Shown in pieces: positions 38,279 through 51,300 of a stretch of 64,000 nt of DNA (position 1 is the first letter of the stretch; each line of letters starts with the position of its first letter). Where the stretch lies: the NCBI GenBank assembly GCA_001179505.1, contig CDMY01000244.1, positions 62,001 to 126,000 on the forward strand. Reading direction: 5' to 3'. The DNA comes from Vitrella brassicaformis CCMP3155 (taxonomy: Eukaryota > Protista > Chromerida). A program made the translations under genes and the position numbers. The notes below the pieces were generated by a model. That model saw nothing but the letters and a program-made list of their open reading frames with translations. It was not told the origin of the DNA and ran no database searches.

Positions 38279-38410
38279 CACCGTGGCAGAATTTAGGGTT
38301 TAGGGTTCACCGTGGCAGAATTTAGGGTTTAGGGTTTAGGGTTTTGGAACCCTGATGGCACGGTGTGAATGCGTCAGCCATACTTAGTTTAAAACCCACA
38401 CATGCTCGAA
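38279..38410. repeat. Interstitial TTTAGGG repeats in a 29-bp direct duplication plus a 54-bp conserved core; copy 2
   Basis: caccgtggcagaatttagggtttagggtt occurs twice (38279-38307, 38308-38336), then the core at 38357-38410. Confidence 0.85.
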
Positions 38411-40751
38411 TTTGAAAAGAAGGGCGTGAACGGATGAAGCAAAAGGCCTGTTCCTCTCCATCAGCAAACCGTGGCCGACCTCACTCAACACGAGACATGG
38501 ACGAGACGACAAGACACTCCACTGACGGAGGAATCATCTGTGGTTGTTCTCGTGAGAAAAATGTGACAAAGGTAAGCAAAGAGAGCGGTGCCCTGCGCTA
38601 CGTATCAGTAGATAGATAGAAAGCAGCCAGCCATCATCGGCCAGCATTTGGTGACATACTGACTGCACGTGAGTACTCATAGCTGGTGAGCTAGCCTGTC
38701 TGTCTGTCTCAGCTTTGTTGGCCTCCGGCGTTGGCATCCCAGCAGATGACTCAAGGAATCTACCAAGAACCCTCAGCAGAAGACGTCAAAGCCGTAGACA
38801 CGATACTAGTGCACCGTTCAATCGCAGACAGGGAGTGTTGGCGAGACGAACTACTCACCCTGTCGACACAACACGGTCATGCACTTTCAGGCATCGCGAC
38901 AAGAACAAGCCATCGATCAGCACAGGGACGTCTCTCTCTCCAAGACAGTCACTGTACATAAAGATATCGACAAGACGGCGGATGGATGTGAGGAAAACGT
39001 CTGGGTGCCACATGTGTGTGCGCGCGCGTGCTGGTTCCCGAGCGACCACCCCACACAGCCCTTTAAAAGAACTGAATGAATGTCCACCGACGTGTCCGTC
39101 CGTCGTGAGGACGCAACAGGTCGGGTCGACCATTCACTGCTCAAAACGCATCCACACGCACGCACGAGCGCACCTCAAAGTGCTCAAAGGGTCGACGAGT
39201 CCTCCCCATTCCTCCCTCCCTCACAGGCGCCCCCCCTTCCCCACATTCCCCACACTCACCCCCGCACCCGCAACCCTACGAAGAGAGCCAACCAAAGGCA
39301 CGTGTTAACTGAACCATAGTAGCGGGCGAGAGCACACAGACACCATAGACACAGCGCCTCACTTTGTGGCCCCGTGGGTGGGTCTGTGTGTCTGTCTCGC
39401 CATGTGTGCATCCATGCCTCGCACTCTATCTCTTCGTCTGTCTCCCTCCCCGGCCACAACGCGGCCCGCCAGTGAATTCAGTCAGTCCACATACGATCGA
39501 TATCTATGGATCGTCGCGCGGCCTAGTCTCTCTCTGTGACGCAACTACAGAAGAAAAAAAGAGCGAGGGACGGTATCTGGGAATCGAGCTCCCCCGCGCG
39601 ACTGTGCATTAACGTACTCAGCCAAGTCGTCTGTCGACGCACAACACAGCGACCGAGGGCATCGCGTATGCATGACACACTCGTGTGAGTACATATCTTT
39701 GAGTGTGTCTGTCTGTGAGTGTATGTAACTTCGGCACAGCAAAAAAGAAGTGATCAGGAGGATAGCCAATCAACAAGCCAGCCAGCCAGCCAGCTATAGA
39801 GATCGGATACTGGGTAACAAGGTGGGAAAAAGACCACGGAGCAAACAGAGAGGGAGCGTTAGGCATGCACATGAATGGCAGCAGGGCCAGTGCAACAGCA
39901 TCGGCGTCGAGAAACAAGGGAGTCAAAGGCTCCCTTGCCCCACCCCCTTCAAAATGTCAGAAAACCCTTTCCCCCGTCCATCCCCACCCTGTCAAAACAA
40001 CACAACGTTGACACAACAGCACACCCCATCCAACCCCTCATTCAATCAAAAACGCGGCGATGCGTTGCAACGGGCCAATTCCCCCACCCGTCCTGTCTGC
40101 AGGACGGCAGCCAAACGCCCCCCCTCTCTCTCATCGTCACGAAAAGTCATGTTCTGTCTGTACACACGGCTGGCACGTTTGGTGTCCGTGCTTTGCCCTG
40201 CCGGCTGGCTGGCTGTGGGTCGTGGTGCGTCCACGATTGGCTGTTGACTATAAGACTCTTCCGCTACCTACACACGCAAGAAAAAGCGCATCAATCACCG
40301 AAGACCGATGCATGACAAACAAACGATCGACAAGACGGGCAGCCAAGCCATGGTTAGTATGTACACAACGGATATGGAACAACCACACCGAGCGAGCCAG
40401 CCAGCCTCCCTCCCCCCAGCCCATCCTTACACGTACGTCAGACGTACACGCATTCATAGGCATGAATCGGTCGAGGATTGCACGCAGATAGACAAGCTGG
40501 AAGGCGGGCAGCTGGGTGGGCAAGCAGGCACGCGGGCAGGTCACTCCATACGCATACACAGAGCAAATGTGTAGACGGACAGCACAGTCAGTCGAGCACG
40601 GTGTGCCCATGCATGAGCACTGCACGAACATGCATTGCACCAACGGACAGCCACGCAGGACAACACAATACATACACACGCGTACAAAAGCAGCCAAATC
40701 CACATGGAATCGATCAGCCAGCCCCATACACACGCCTGGCACGCGCGTCAT

Positions 40752-42144
40752 TCATTGATTACGTATCACCACCCGAAGGGCGGGTATTTGGGTGGCTGTT
40801 TGCCTGGGTGTAGCCACCGCCAGAGCAGCCACGAGACGACGGGCATGATGGTGTAGGCGATGACGATCATCTCGATTGGCAGGATGATGGCCGTGCTGAG
40901 AGCGGAGTGGGTGCCCTGCTCGGCCAGAAACACACCCAGGGTCTCCGTGAAGAGCCACACAATTGGAAACCATCCGATGAACAGAGCAAGCACCGTCTTC
41001 CACCTGACAATCAGAAAGGATCAGTGGAGTACTTTTGGGTTTTGTCTATCGTCTGCCTGTGTACCTGGGTGTGCTCTTGGGTTGGAACGGCGGGAAGACG
41101 ATCCAGTCGTCGTGCGCCTTGGTGATGTCCACAGCCACGCGGTCGCAGAGGTGGTTCACACGTGACATGAACGACGACAGCTCCTCGCTCTGCTCCCAAC
41201 TGACGCATCAACACGACACACCACACATGGGTATGCTGTTTGCTGTGCCTGCATCTCATCCATCTCTGCGTGTATGCTTGCATACCGTTTGAGGTTGCTG
41301 AGTCCGTGGAACTTGACGATGATGACGAACTCGTGCAACCCTTTCCGCTGGGGAACGATCACAGTGAACCCTGCTTTGCACAGAACCAACATACGAGGTG
41401 CGAGAGAGAGGAGTTAAGGACCTCGTCGATGCGTGCGTGTCTTTCCTGACTCACCGGCGAAGCCAGGGAAGCCTCGTGCCTTCCGCTGGCAGATCGACAA
41501 GTGACGCACAAACTCCTCAGTCTTGGCCGCCTTCACGACCCTGATACAACATCCATAGATACACAAGCGTCGGCCGCTCATCTCTTCCCGCCCGCATGCA
41601 TCTCCTCGCTCTCACCTGCTGATGACTTTGGTGACGACGCCCTCATAGCTGAAGCTGATCTGTCGTCTCAGTGCGATTTCTTCCAGAGGGTAGTCCCACT
41701 TGCCACCAACACCAGCAGCAGCGGCCGCCGCATCCTTGTCCAGAAACCGACGCAGGAGCTTCCCAGACCGGGTGATGAGCTTCGGCACACGCTCCGCAAG
41801 ATCCTTCTGACTCTGCAGCAACCACAACCACCGGCCATCACAAAATGAGTCGCGACCAATCAACCATCGTTTGTGCTGACCTTAAAGAATCGCCCAAGTG
41901 GTCTTGGCTGCTCCGGCGGCTTCAGTGTGTTGGACTGCTGCCCTCCTACTGTGGTGTGGTCAGAGGATGTGGCTGAGGAGGAGGCCTGTGAGTGGGTAGG
42001 GCTGGTGTCTTCATTGTTTTGCTGCTTCCATGCCGACGACACGATGGTTGTGGCCGACAAAACAGCGTCTTGCTCGTCCGCTCCATCGGGACGCGGGTCG
42101 GGCAGTTGAAGCGCCGATGGGCGAGGAGTCGTGTCTGGCGTCAT
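40752..42144 (-). CDS. ABM-fold (antibiotic-biosynthesis-monooxygenase-like) membrane protein, COG3224-like
   Basis: Spliced EEFVRHLSICQRKARGFPGFAG|...IVPQRKGLHEFVIIVKFHGLSNLKR|WEQSEELSSF... then RWKTVLALFIGWFPIVWL...VIAYTIMPVVSWLLWRWLHP. This resembles the bacterial ABM plus PP.RWK two-TM family. Start position uncertain. Confidence 0.65.
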
Positions 42145-42494
42145 TTGATTGACTACAAAATGCTGCAACCATGCGGTAGACGCCTGAATGACTTGAGACA
42201 ACGGACCCAATTTTCTCAGCTCGCAGTTGGGCTGTCGCCGTCACTTTCGCAACGGACACCTTCTTCACAGACCTACACCTACAGGGTGTCGTGATCGACG
42301 ACACCGCGTCGATACCGAGAAGGCTTTTGCTCACCGGCAGACAGTCAAAGGTATGCACTCCCTCACACACAGATGAAACAGGCGTCCAGGGTGATGGGCA
42401 CGTGACAACAGTAGAGATTGCTTCATTCACTTTGTTTGCTTGGCTGTTTGCTTGTGATTGGTGCGGGTGTTTGTGTCAATGAATCAATCAATTG

Positions 42495-45400
42495 ATGAGT
42501 CAGTGCGTTGAGGACCCGTTGAGGATGAATATGAACGTCAGACGGGAGCAGTCAGGGCCGGGCGGGGACCATGGCAGGTTCCTGGAGCTGCTCAAGAAAC
42601 AGATTGAAGCAAATCTCAAGACATCAAGTAATGACACACAGCACCTGATTGAGGCGATGCATTCACTCACCACGGGAAGCACGGCTGTCTGTCATGTTGG
42701 GTGTGCTGTCTGTTCGTGTGTGTGTCAGCTCACGGCGAGCAGTCGGCTCCCATGACCAAACGGGATATGTTCGACCTCAGCCAGTTCCAGGTCCGCACAG
42801 CCATTCCACCCACGTGTTTCCTTGCCACACACGGCTTGCTTGTCTGTGTGTGGTGCACAGGATGAGTATGCGTTCGAGCACTCCATCTCGCAGTACGGCA
42901 TTCAGGTCAAGTCGCTATATCACAACGCCAGCCCCGCCGTCCTCTACGAGCTGGCACTCAAGTACGAGGCCGGCTCGTACATCTCTGACACAGGGGCACT
43001 CATGTGCAGCTCCGGTCCGACGCAACAACACCCGCACGACACACACAGCCGTCCTGCCCTGCGCTGCCTGTGCCATTTGCCCGTGTGTGTTTGCGTGATG
43101 CAGGTGTGAAGACCGGTCGTTCGCCGCAGGACAAGCGTTTGGTGGAGGAGTCTACGAGCAGCGATGACGTGTGGTGGGGTCGCGTCAACATCAAGCTGAG
43201 CGAGGCCTCGTACGCCACCAACCGCGAGCGTGCCATCGACTACCTCAACCTGCAGGAGCGGCTCTACGTCGTCGATGCATTCGCCGGATGGGACCCTGAG
43301 TACCGCGTCAGGGTCCGTGAGCTGAATGAAGGACAGACGTACGGAGGACGCACGTCGGTGGCTCACTGTGTGTGTGTGTGTGTGTGTGTGTAGATTCGTG
43401 TGATAGCGTCGAGGGCGTACCATGCGCTGTTCATGCAAAACATGCTAGTCATGCCGACAAAAGAGGAACTCAAGGTGGGTGAGACAACAAATGCCAGATG
43501 GGCCGCTCGAGGAGCAGATGAATGATCGATGCTTTGTCTGTGTCTGTGTTGTATGTGTGTGTGTCTTTAGAACTTCGAGCCCGACTTCATCATCTACAAC
43601 GCGGGCAGTTTCCCCGCCAACCGATACGCCGACGGCATCACGTCGCAAACGGCCGTGCTGCTCCACTTCGGCAGAGGTAACCACACACGCACACACACAC
43701 ACACACACACACACCGACACGAACAAGATCAGAGGTCGGCGTTCATTCACGTGTGACGTGTCCATTTACGTGTGTGTCAGGTGAGATGGTGTTGCTGGGT
43801 ACGCAGTATGCGGGTGAGATGAAGAAGGGCGTCTTCACGCTCATGATGTATCTCATGCCCAAGATGGGGCAGCTGCCCCTGCACTCATCATGCAACGTTG
43901 GTACGCGCACGCATACGCACACAGGTGCACCCATGAATGCCGGACACACCTACGCCAACACGCCATGGCTTGTCAGGTCCGGATGGCGATGTGACGCTGT
44001 TCTTCGGCCTGAGCGGCACGGGCAAGACAACACTCTCAGCGGACCCGCGGAGGTACACACACTGACATACACTCACTCCACACCAACAACACGCCATGCA
44101 TCGCTGTTCGTGCCTGGTGATTCTGTGGGTCATGGCCAGGAGTTTGATAGGTGACGACGAGCACGTGTGGACGGACACTGGTGTGTTCAACATTGAGGGC
44201 GGGTGCTACGCCAAGTGCATCGGGCTGAGCCACGAGAAGGAGCCTGAGATCTACGACGCCATCCGCTTCGGTGCCGTCCTCGAGAACGTGTGCTTCGACA
44301 TCGACCAGAGGAACCCGGACTACGACGACACGGGCGTCACTGGTGGGTGAGGGATGAAGGCAGCGCGGCGCATTGGGCAGAGGGAGAGGGGGGGTGGCTG
44401 GCCACACTCAGGTCGTGTATGCATATGCGTTCAGAGAATACTCGTGCGTGTTACCCGCTTCAGCACATCCCGAATGCCATCACCCCCGCAGTGACACAGA
44501 CACACCCCACAAACATCATCCTGCTGGTGAGCGAGGGGAGGACAAACCGCATCAGGGCAACACATAACGATTTCGATTTTGTTGATTGCCTTTGTCGCCG
44601 TGTGTGTTTGTCAGACGTGTGATGCGTTTGGAGTGTTGCCGCCGATCGCCCGGCTGACGCCCGAGCAGGTCATGTACCACTTCATCAGCGGATACACCGC
44701 CAAAGTCGCGGGCACCGAGCAGGGCATTACCGAACCACAAGCCACTTTCTCTTCCTGCTTCGGCGCGCCATTCCTCGTCCGACACCCTATCGTCTATGCC
44801 GAGATGCTGGTACACACGCCAACAGAGAGAGAGAGGGAGGGGGGGCGGGGAAGCGAAAGGGAGGTGAATGGATGTGTCATGTGTGTGAGTGGTGTGAGCA
44901 GGCGGACAAGTTGAAGGCGCACAATGCGGCTGCGTGGCTGATCAACACGGGTTGGGTTGGGGGTGGGTACGGCAAGGGCAGCCGCATCAAGCTGCGGTAC
45001 ACACGCGCCATGATCGACGCCATACACGACAAGGCACTCGAGGACGTCGAATACGAGGTCAGTCAGGGGAGGCCTCGGCTGGCACAAGTTGGCCAACGAT
45101 GGTGGAAAACAGGGATGTGCGTGTGTTGGTGAGTGTCGTTGCAGACGTCCCAGATCTTCAATTTGTCGGTGCCCAAGCACGTCCCTAACGTGCCTGACGA
45201 CGTCCTCATGCCGTCACGGTACAGGGGGGAAAAGAGACACGGTGCCGCTAGTGTCAGTGAAACATATGCACGGTGTGTCTGTGCTTGTTTTGTCTCGTGT
45301 CAGGTCGTGGGCCAACAAGACCGAATACATGTGAGAACAGGCCACACACGGACAGAGAGAAAGAGGGGAGATGAATCGATTGGACGTGAGTATTCCCTTC

Positions 45401-45803
45401 TCGCGCTCAGGAAAGCGCTGTCTAAGTTGTCTCAGCTGTTCGTCAAGAACTTCGAGACATACGCCGACCAGTGCCCACCAGAAGTGCAGGTACGTCTGTC
45501 TCCACACCGTGCCGTGCCCATACACTATTTATTACTCACACAAAACGACTCTGTCTTCCTCTGTCTGTCAATCAGCACGCGGGTCCGGTGACGTCTGGAA
45601 AGCTGCCCCATCCGCCTTCTAGCTCAGCCATGGCCCACCTCCAATCGCCTCAGCCCTCTCGTGGGGCCAGCCCCCGGGCAAACGAGACGGAGCCACACCC
45701 GGAGAACTTCCCCGAGGACATTTCCAAAGGTGGCAGGCTGGAGCTCACGGGCGTCGAGGGCGTCCTCAACGGCGTACACAAGACCAAGACGGAGGTCAAG
45801 TGA
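42495..45803 (+). CDS. PCK1: Phosphoenolpyruvate carboxykinase (ATP-dependent), about 16 exons
   Basis: [92 protein letters not shown]. Confidence 0.96.
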
Positions 45804-48334
45804 ATGGATGGCAGTGTCTGTCAATGGCCTGCCTGTTTCGTGTGTGCGTGTGCGTGCGTCCGTGTATTCGTGTGTTTGTGTGTTTGTGTGTGGTGAGGGG
45901 TAGAGCTCGTGGATGTGTGGCGTGTGCGCAAATGGGCGTGTGTCATGATTTCCGCGCGTGTCTGGCCGGTGTTTGCGGAAGGTTCTGTGGGGGGTGGCCT
46001 GCTGCGGGACACGGTGGCCAGCCAGTCGTGTCCCTGCAGTGGCTGAGCATCCCCAACAGCACCCTACGTGAGCACCCAACCAAGACACACGCACCTGATC
46101 GAGGGCAGATTCTGCCCAGCTGCGAGGGAGGTGAAAAGTTGAACTGACGAGCGAGCGAGCGTCCTCAGCGAGAGGAAGGAAAGCAGCACACTGATTTTTC
46201 CGTCCAACTCTCCTCTCACGCGTGTACGTACGACAGACAGACATACAGAAGTAACTAACTAAGTGTCTTCCTTTTTCGACCGTGGCGTGCAAGGAAAGGG
46301 GTCGTCGTGGTGTCGTCGTTCTTACGTGAGATGAGAGTGGGGGAAGGGCATCATCTTGGGGAGGGGAGGGATGGGCCTTTGGCCCGTCCAGCACCGACCC
46401 GGGGTGATTTTTCGGCCCAGCAGGAGTGTGTAAGGATGGGTGGAAGGAGAGAGAACGATAAAGGGGGATCGAAAGAACAGCGTATCGTATTTTTTGGTGG
46501 GAGTATGGATCACCGACTTCAAGTGTGGTCGGTCGTCTGTCTTAATCAATCGTCGCTACTTATCATGCCACGTAGTGTGGGGGAGGGGGGGGGGTGGGCG
46601 TATGTGTAGAGTAGAGTGGCTGGCTGGCTGACAGGACAACACAAATAAGACAGGCTGTGGCTTTCTCAGCAACAGGGGTGCTTCGGGCACGCAGGGCGCG
46701 GCAGAGGGAGGGAAAGGATCGTACACACACAGAGAGAGGGGAGGGGCAAACGCATTGACGCACTTTCCTGTGAGTTGTGCACTGACGGCGACTGCATGGT
46801 GACGGCATCTCCAACGGGTTCTCAGTTTCATCGATTTGCACTTCACTGCAGACCGGCAATTCGAGAGCTAGAAGGGGACGTGTCGGATGCGGTTGCTCTC
46901 TGTGGTTGGAACGAACAATGGGATGAGATGAGAGGGCAGAAAGGGTGCTCCGAAGGACGCACACGCCCATGCACAGACGTTGATGAGATGGCTGTCGTGT
47001 GCTTGGTACGATGTATGTATGAGCTATCTATGTCCACTTTTTTTCCACAAATGATCGATCGTGTTCGTTCGTCTGAGCAAAGGGCTGACTTGACTTCATT
47101 TATGCTTTGGTTGGTTTGCTGGTTGCCTTGGTGAACTTTGCTGGGTCCGCACCGACCGACCGCACAAGCAATCCTCATGAGCCCTCAGTAGCTAGACTAA
47201 CCACACCACCATACAGCGAAGTTCGCTACAAAGCCGTACGTATCACAAGACGAAATGTGCATCGCATCGATACTCTACCAGCAGGCAAGCGACGCATCGA
47301 TGCCGGTGCCGAAGACCAGGCAGACACTCACTTCTTCCTTGTTCTCTCCCTCCTGTCCCTGCCGGCCTTTCTCTCTGCCGCCTGTGGGGGTCCGCTCCCC
47401 AGCGACATGGAGCGACCCACACCCAGATCAGGCAGGTTGGTTCTCGGATACCTGTGAACCACACAACGCATACCATACACCAGCCGTCGCCATGTGGTTG
47501 CTTTGGGAGGGTGGCCACTCACTTGAAGCAGTGCGTCTCGTTGAAAATGCGGAAGCTGAGACACACAGCATCCATCAAGGGGAGATGCAGACAACAAACA
47601 GCAGTGGACATCACCACAGCAGTGACAAACTTACTGCTCCAGCATGGGCAAGTACTCGATCTGATCCTTAGGCCGCCATTCCTGCAAACACGCAGAGCAG
47701 AGGCGAATCAACTGCCGGCCAGTCGACTGGCGTGCAGTATCTCCCGTGTGCTGATGACTGACTCTGTTTTGTTCTAGGCACTGTTTGTGCAGGCTGGCCT
47801 CCACACGACACTGCAGCATCCTCTTCCCGTGACCAGCAGTCCGATGGCTGCACACACACGGACGATGACAACGACAGGCGCATCACGCCACACCCATACA
47901 TATTGCAGGATGCATCTGTCTGCAGCAGTGCCTGCCGACAATCAGCTCACCCTCTTATGCAGTACAAGTAGTTCTTCCTGCAGTGCAACAAGACAAACAA
48001 CACAGACCACACGAAAACAAGCAAACATTGTAGGCCCTCCCTTTCAGCGGTCCGGCACGGCCTGCCTGCCATGTGTGTCTGTCCGTGTCTGCCTGTCTGT
48101 CTGTCTGTCTGTCTGTCTGTCTGCCTACAGGGTCTTCATGCACGGGTGTTCATCTGAGGGGTCCCCCTCGCTGCGTTGGATGCGGGCGGTGATCGTCTTG
48201 CCCTGCCAGTGCTCGGGCTTCGGAAACGCCTGATACAACTCAAACACAGGCTGCAGCAGACGATGCGAACGCCGCTTTGATGCGCCGTTCATACTCCCAG
48301 GGGTCTTCTCACATGCGAGCTTTAATCCCTACAC

Positions 48335-48350
48335 CCCTAAGCCCTAAACC
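48335..48350. promoter_or_regulatory. Telo-box-like motif about 30 bp upstream of the ATG at 48378
   Basis: cccctaagccctaaacc. Confidence 0.4.
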
Positions 48351-48377
48351 TCTCGTCTTGGGAGAAAGCAACTAACG

Positions 48378-51300
48378 ATGGAGCCCTCTGGAAGGGACCC
48401 TCCCACAGGCCACAGTGGCCATTCCCGTCGGTCCATTGCTTTCAAGGACTTCTCTGACATTTTGAGTTACCTCGCGTCACGTGTGCGCAGCATTGATCCG
48501 TGCGATGGGAGCTATGATGACCTGGAGGCCATCGAGAGCGATCTGCAGCAGCTGCAGCAAGCGCACATCACCCACCAGATCCTCAGACTGCGGGCCGGAG
48601 AGGCCATCGTGCTGCCGGGGAGAAACCAGAGGATTGCACCCGCTGACATGCCTGGTGAGACGAGAGAGAGGGGGGAGGAGCTGATGGCTGTGTGTCTGGG
48701 AGGGAGGGAGGCAGCTGGATACATACGTCTGGTGACGACGCGACATCTGGTGCTCCCGTCTGTTGCGTGCGATGAATGTTGTCGATGCAGAGTTCCTGAG
48801 TTTGCTTCGTGCGGACCGTCTGCCTGTCTCACTGACCCACGTGGGCCTCAACGCGCTCCCCAATGGCCCTCCCTCGGACCTCACACTCTTCACACACAGC
48901 GGGGCCATGGCTGCCCCACCACCACCAGTGGCCCTCGAGGGCCCTCCAAGCGACAACCAGGAGCCGTCAGCCGTCAACTCACCCGTGCTGTCTGGCCGGC
49001 CGCCCAGCCGCCAGAGCAAGGTCGCATCAGCTGCGCCGGCACTCCCGCCTGTTCCCGCAGTCTCTGTGTTCAAACCGTCCAAGGCGCCGGTCAAGCGGAG
49101 TCTCTCCAACGAGAACGATGAGCGGAAGGAGAGCCAGGAAGACGCTGCTGCTGCAGCAGGGGGACCGGAGAGTGCGGCTAAGAGGATGCGCGCGGGCGAT
49201 GTGGGCGTGTCGGCCTCGTCATCGGGTCGTCGAGTGATCAAGTCTGTGGATGATGACATCGACGACGACGATGAGGTCATCCGGGGGTTCACCCTCAGCA
49301 AGGGGGTCAAGAAGGAGCGCGACCTACAGCAGCAACAGCAGCGAGAGCAGGCCGATACCATCGACCAAGATTTGATTGGGATTGTGTCCTTGTCGCGCGA
49401 CCGCGGCAAAGACAAGAAGGCCAAGAAGGCCGAGAGAAAGGAGGAGAGGGAGGGGGAGAGAGGGGAAGAGGTCGGCCGCGAGAGCAGGGGCAGCGTGGAC
49501 GGCCAGCAGCAGACCAAGGCTGACGGTGGTGTCAAGATCATGAAGCTCAAGAAGGTCAAGAAGAAGAACCGCCTCAAGAAGAGTCCAGACCGACACAACG
49601 AGGGAGAGGCACTATCGGGTGGGTCGCGCACACGCACACGCACACGCACACACACACAGAAAAGACAGTCACCCGCCCTTCTCGCGTCTCTCTTTATTCT
49701 GTGTCAGGTTCGTCCAAGCCCTCTGTGTCACAGCCATCGTCCTCCCAGCCAACATCATCTCCCCCCAAGCCGGCAGCAGAGAATCCATCAACCATGAGTG
49801 TGTCTGGGCCGTCGCCCCCGCCCTCCTCGGAGAGACCCCCTCAGCCTCCCGTGCCCTCGTCAGAGAAGAAGTCGGTCTTCTCCCTGCCGCAGATCAAGCG
49901 CAAGGACAAGGACAGCAAAAAGAAAAAGAAACCCACTCCTGTCGTTGCAGTAGCAGCCACAGCCGCCACCACCACCACCACCAGCCACCACCAGGAGCCG
50001 GCACGCGTGCCCTCTCCCCCGCCCCCGCCGCCACCCAAGGACACATCGACCTCCCGTGCCAGCGATGCAGACCGCACTAATGACGACCGGGGCCGCGACT
50101 CGCCGCGCCGGCAGTTTCCGTGGTCGCGTGAGTCACGTGCATCACGGACGTCTTATCCGTGGGAGCGTGACCGTCGCGGGTCGTCCAACCGATGGGACAA
50201 ACGGCACAGAGACCGAGACCGGTCGAAATCTCGCGACAGAGACCGCTACGACCGGCGTTACTCGCGGAGCCCCAGGAGGGAGAGGTCGAGGGGCCGACGG
50301 GATCGTGACGAGAGGAGCCGCGAGAGGGACATGCGGCGGCGATCGAGAGACAAGGGGCGGTATGACAGCAGGGAGAGGGACCGGTCGTGGGACAGGCGTC
50401 GTGATAGCAAAGAGAGGAGCCGTTCGAGGTCATCGGATTACCGACGCCGGACACAAGACAGCGGTGGGCCGTCCTCGCCTTCCCATGCCCCATACGAGGG
50501 CGACAACGACCGATCAAGACAGAGAGGTAACGCCGCCCACACACACGTGCCGTCTCGGCATTCCGGCCTCATTCATTCATTGATGCTTTTGTCATATATC
50601 TGTCTGTGTGTGCAGATGTCTCGGTGGCCCTCGCTCCCTCTCCGACCCAGGAGATCGCCAGTCTGGTGCAGCAGCTGGCCCAACAGCAGCAGCAGAAACA
50701 GCAACAGCAGCGACAGGCTGCTGCTGCAGCCGCCGCGGCGGTCATCGCTGTTGCGGCAAGCAAGGCGGCCGTATCGCCTTCTGTGAGTCCTGTCAATGCA
50801 CCCCCATCCCGCATTCCCGGGCTGTACTCAGCCGTCTCCCACCGAGTGGCGCCTGACGCCGTGTCGCCATCAGTGAGGGGACAGCCACCACCTCCCCCTC
50901 CCCCGCCCCCACCACCGCCTCCCCCTCCACCCCCTCCAGAGGACAAGCGCCCATATGGAAGGTGAGTGTGACCACACTCCCGCCGGGCTAACATGCATGT
51001 GTGGGTATGTGATGTGTCCTCAGGGGCAGGCGTGAGAGCTACGGCCCCCGAGGCGGTCGCCACACGCGGCAGCATGGTGACCAAGGGCCCTCATCGTGGA
51101 ACAGACACCACCGAGGGGTGCCGCGCAACCTTCCCAACCTCCAGCAAGTCTACCAGCAGCAGCAGGGGCCCTACCCGCCCCCCCAGCCGTCCCAGCCCCA
51201 CTTCCCTCCACCTGTATTGATTCCACCGCCCTCAGCCCATCACGCGCCGCTGCGTCGTACCGACTCGGGTGCGTCAACTGGGCGCCGTCGCTCGTACTAT

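Noticed and set aside
38279-38336. 29-bp direct repeat as a CRISPR array
   Set aside because: Two abutting copies with no spacer, no cas genes, and a eukaryotic context.
38279-38345. TTTAGGG repeats as a true chromosome end
   Set aside because: There are only 2-3 units per block and ordinary genes lie on both sides, so they are interstitial.
38430-40740. Short ORFs such as 38731-38961 and 39080-39319
   Set aside because: No recognisable motifs and no convincing in-phase splice chain; a small gene cannot be excluded without RNA data.
45900-48300. ORFs 45624-46394, 47107-47457 and 47255-47671
   Set aside because: They look UTR- or intergenic-like, are repeat-rich and have no domain signal.
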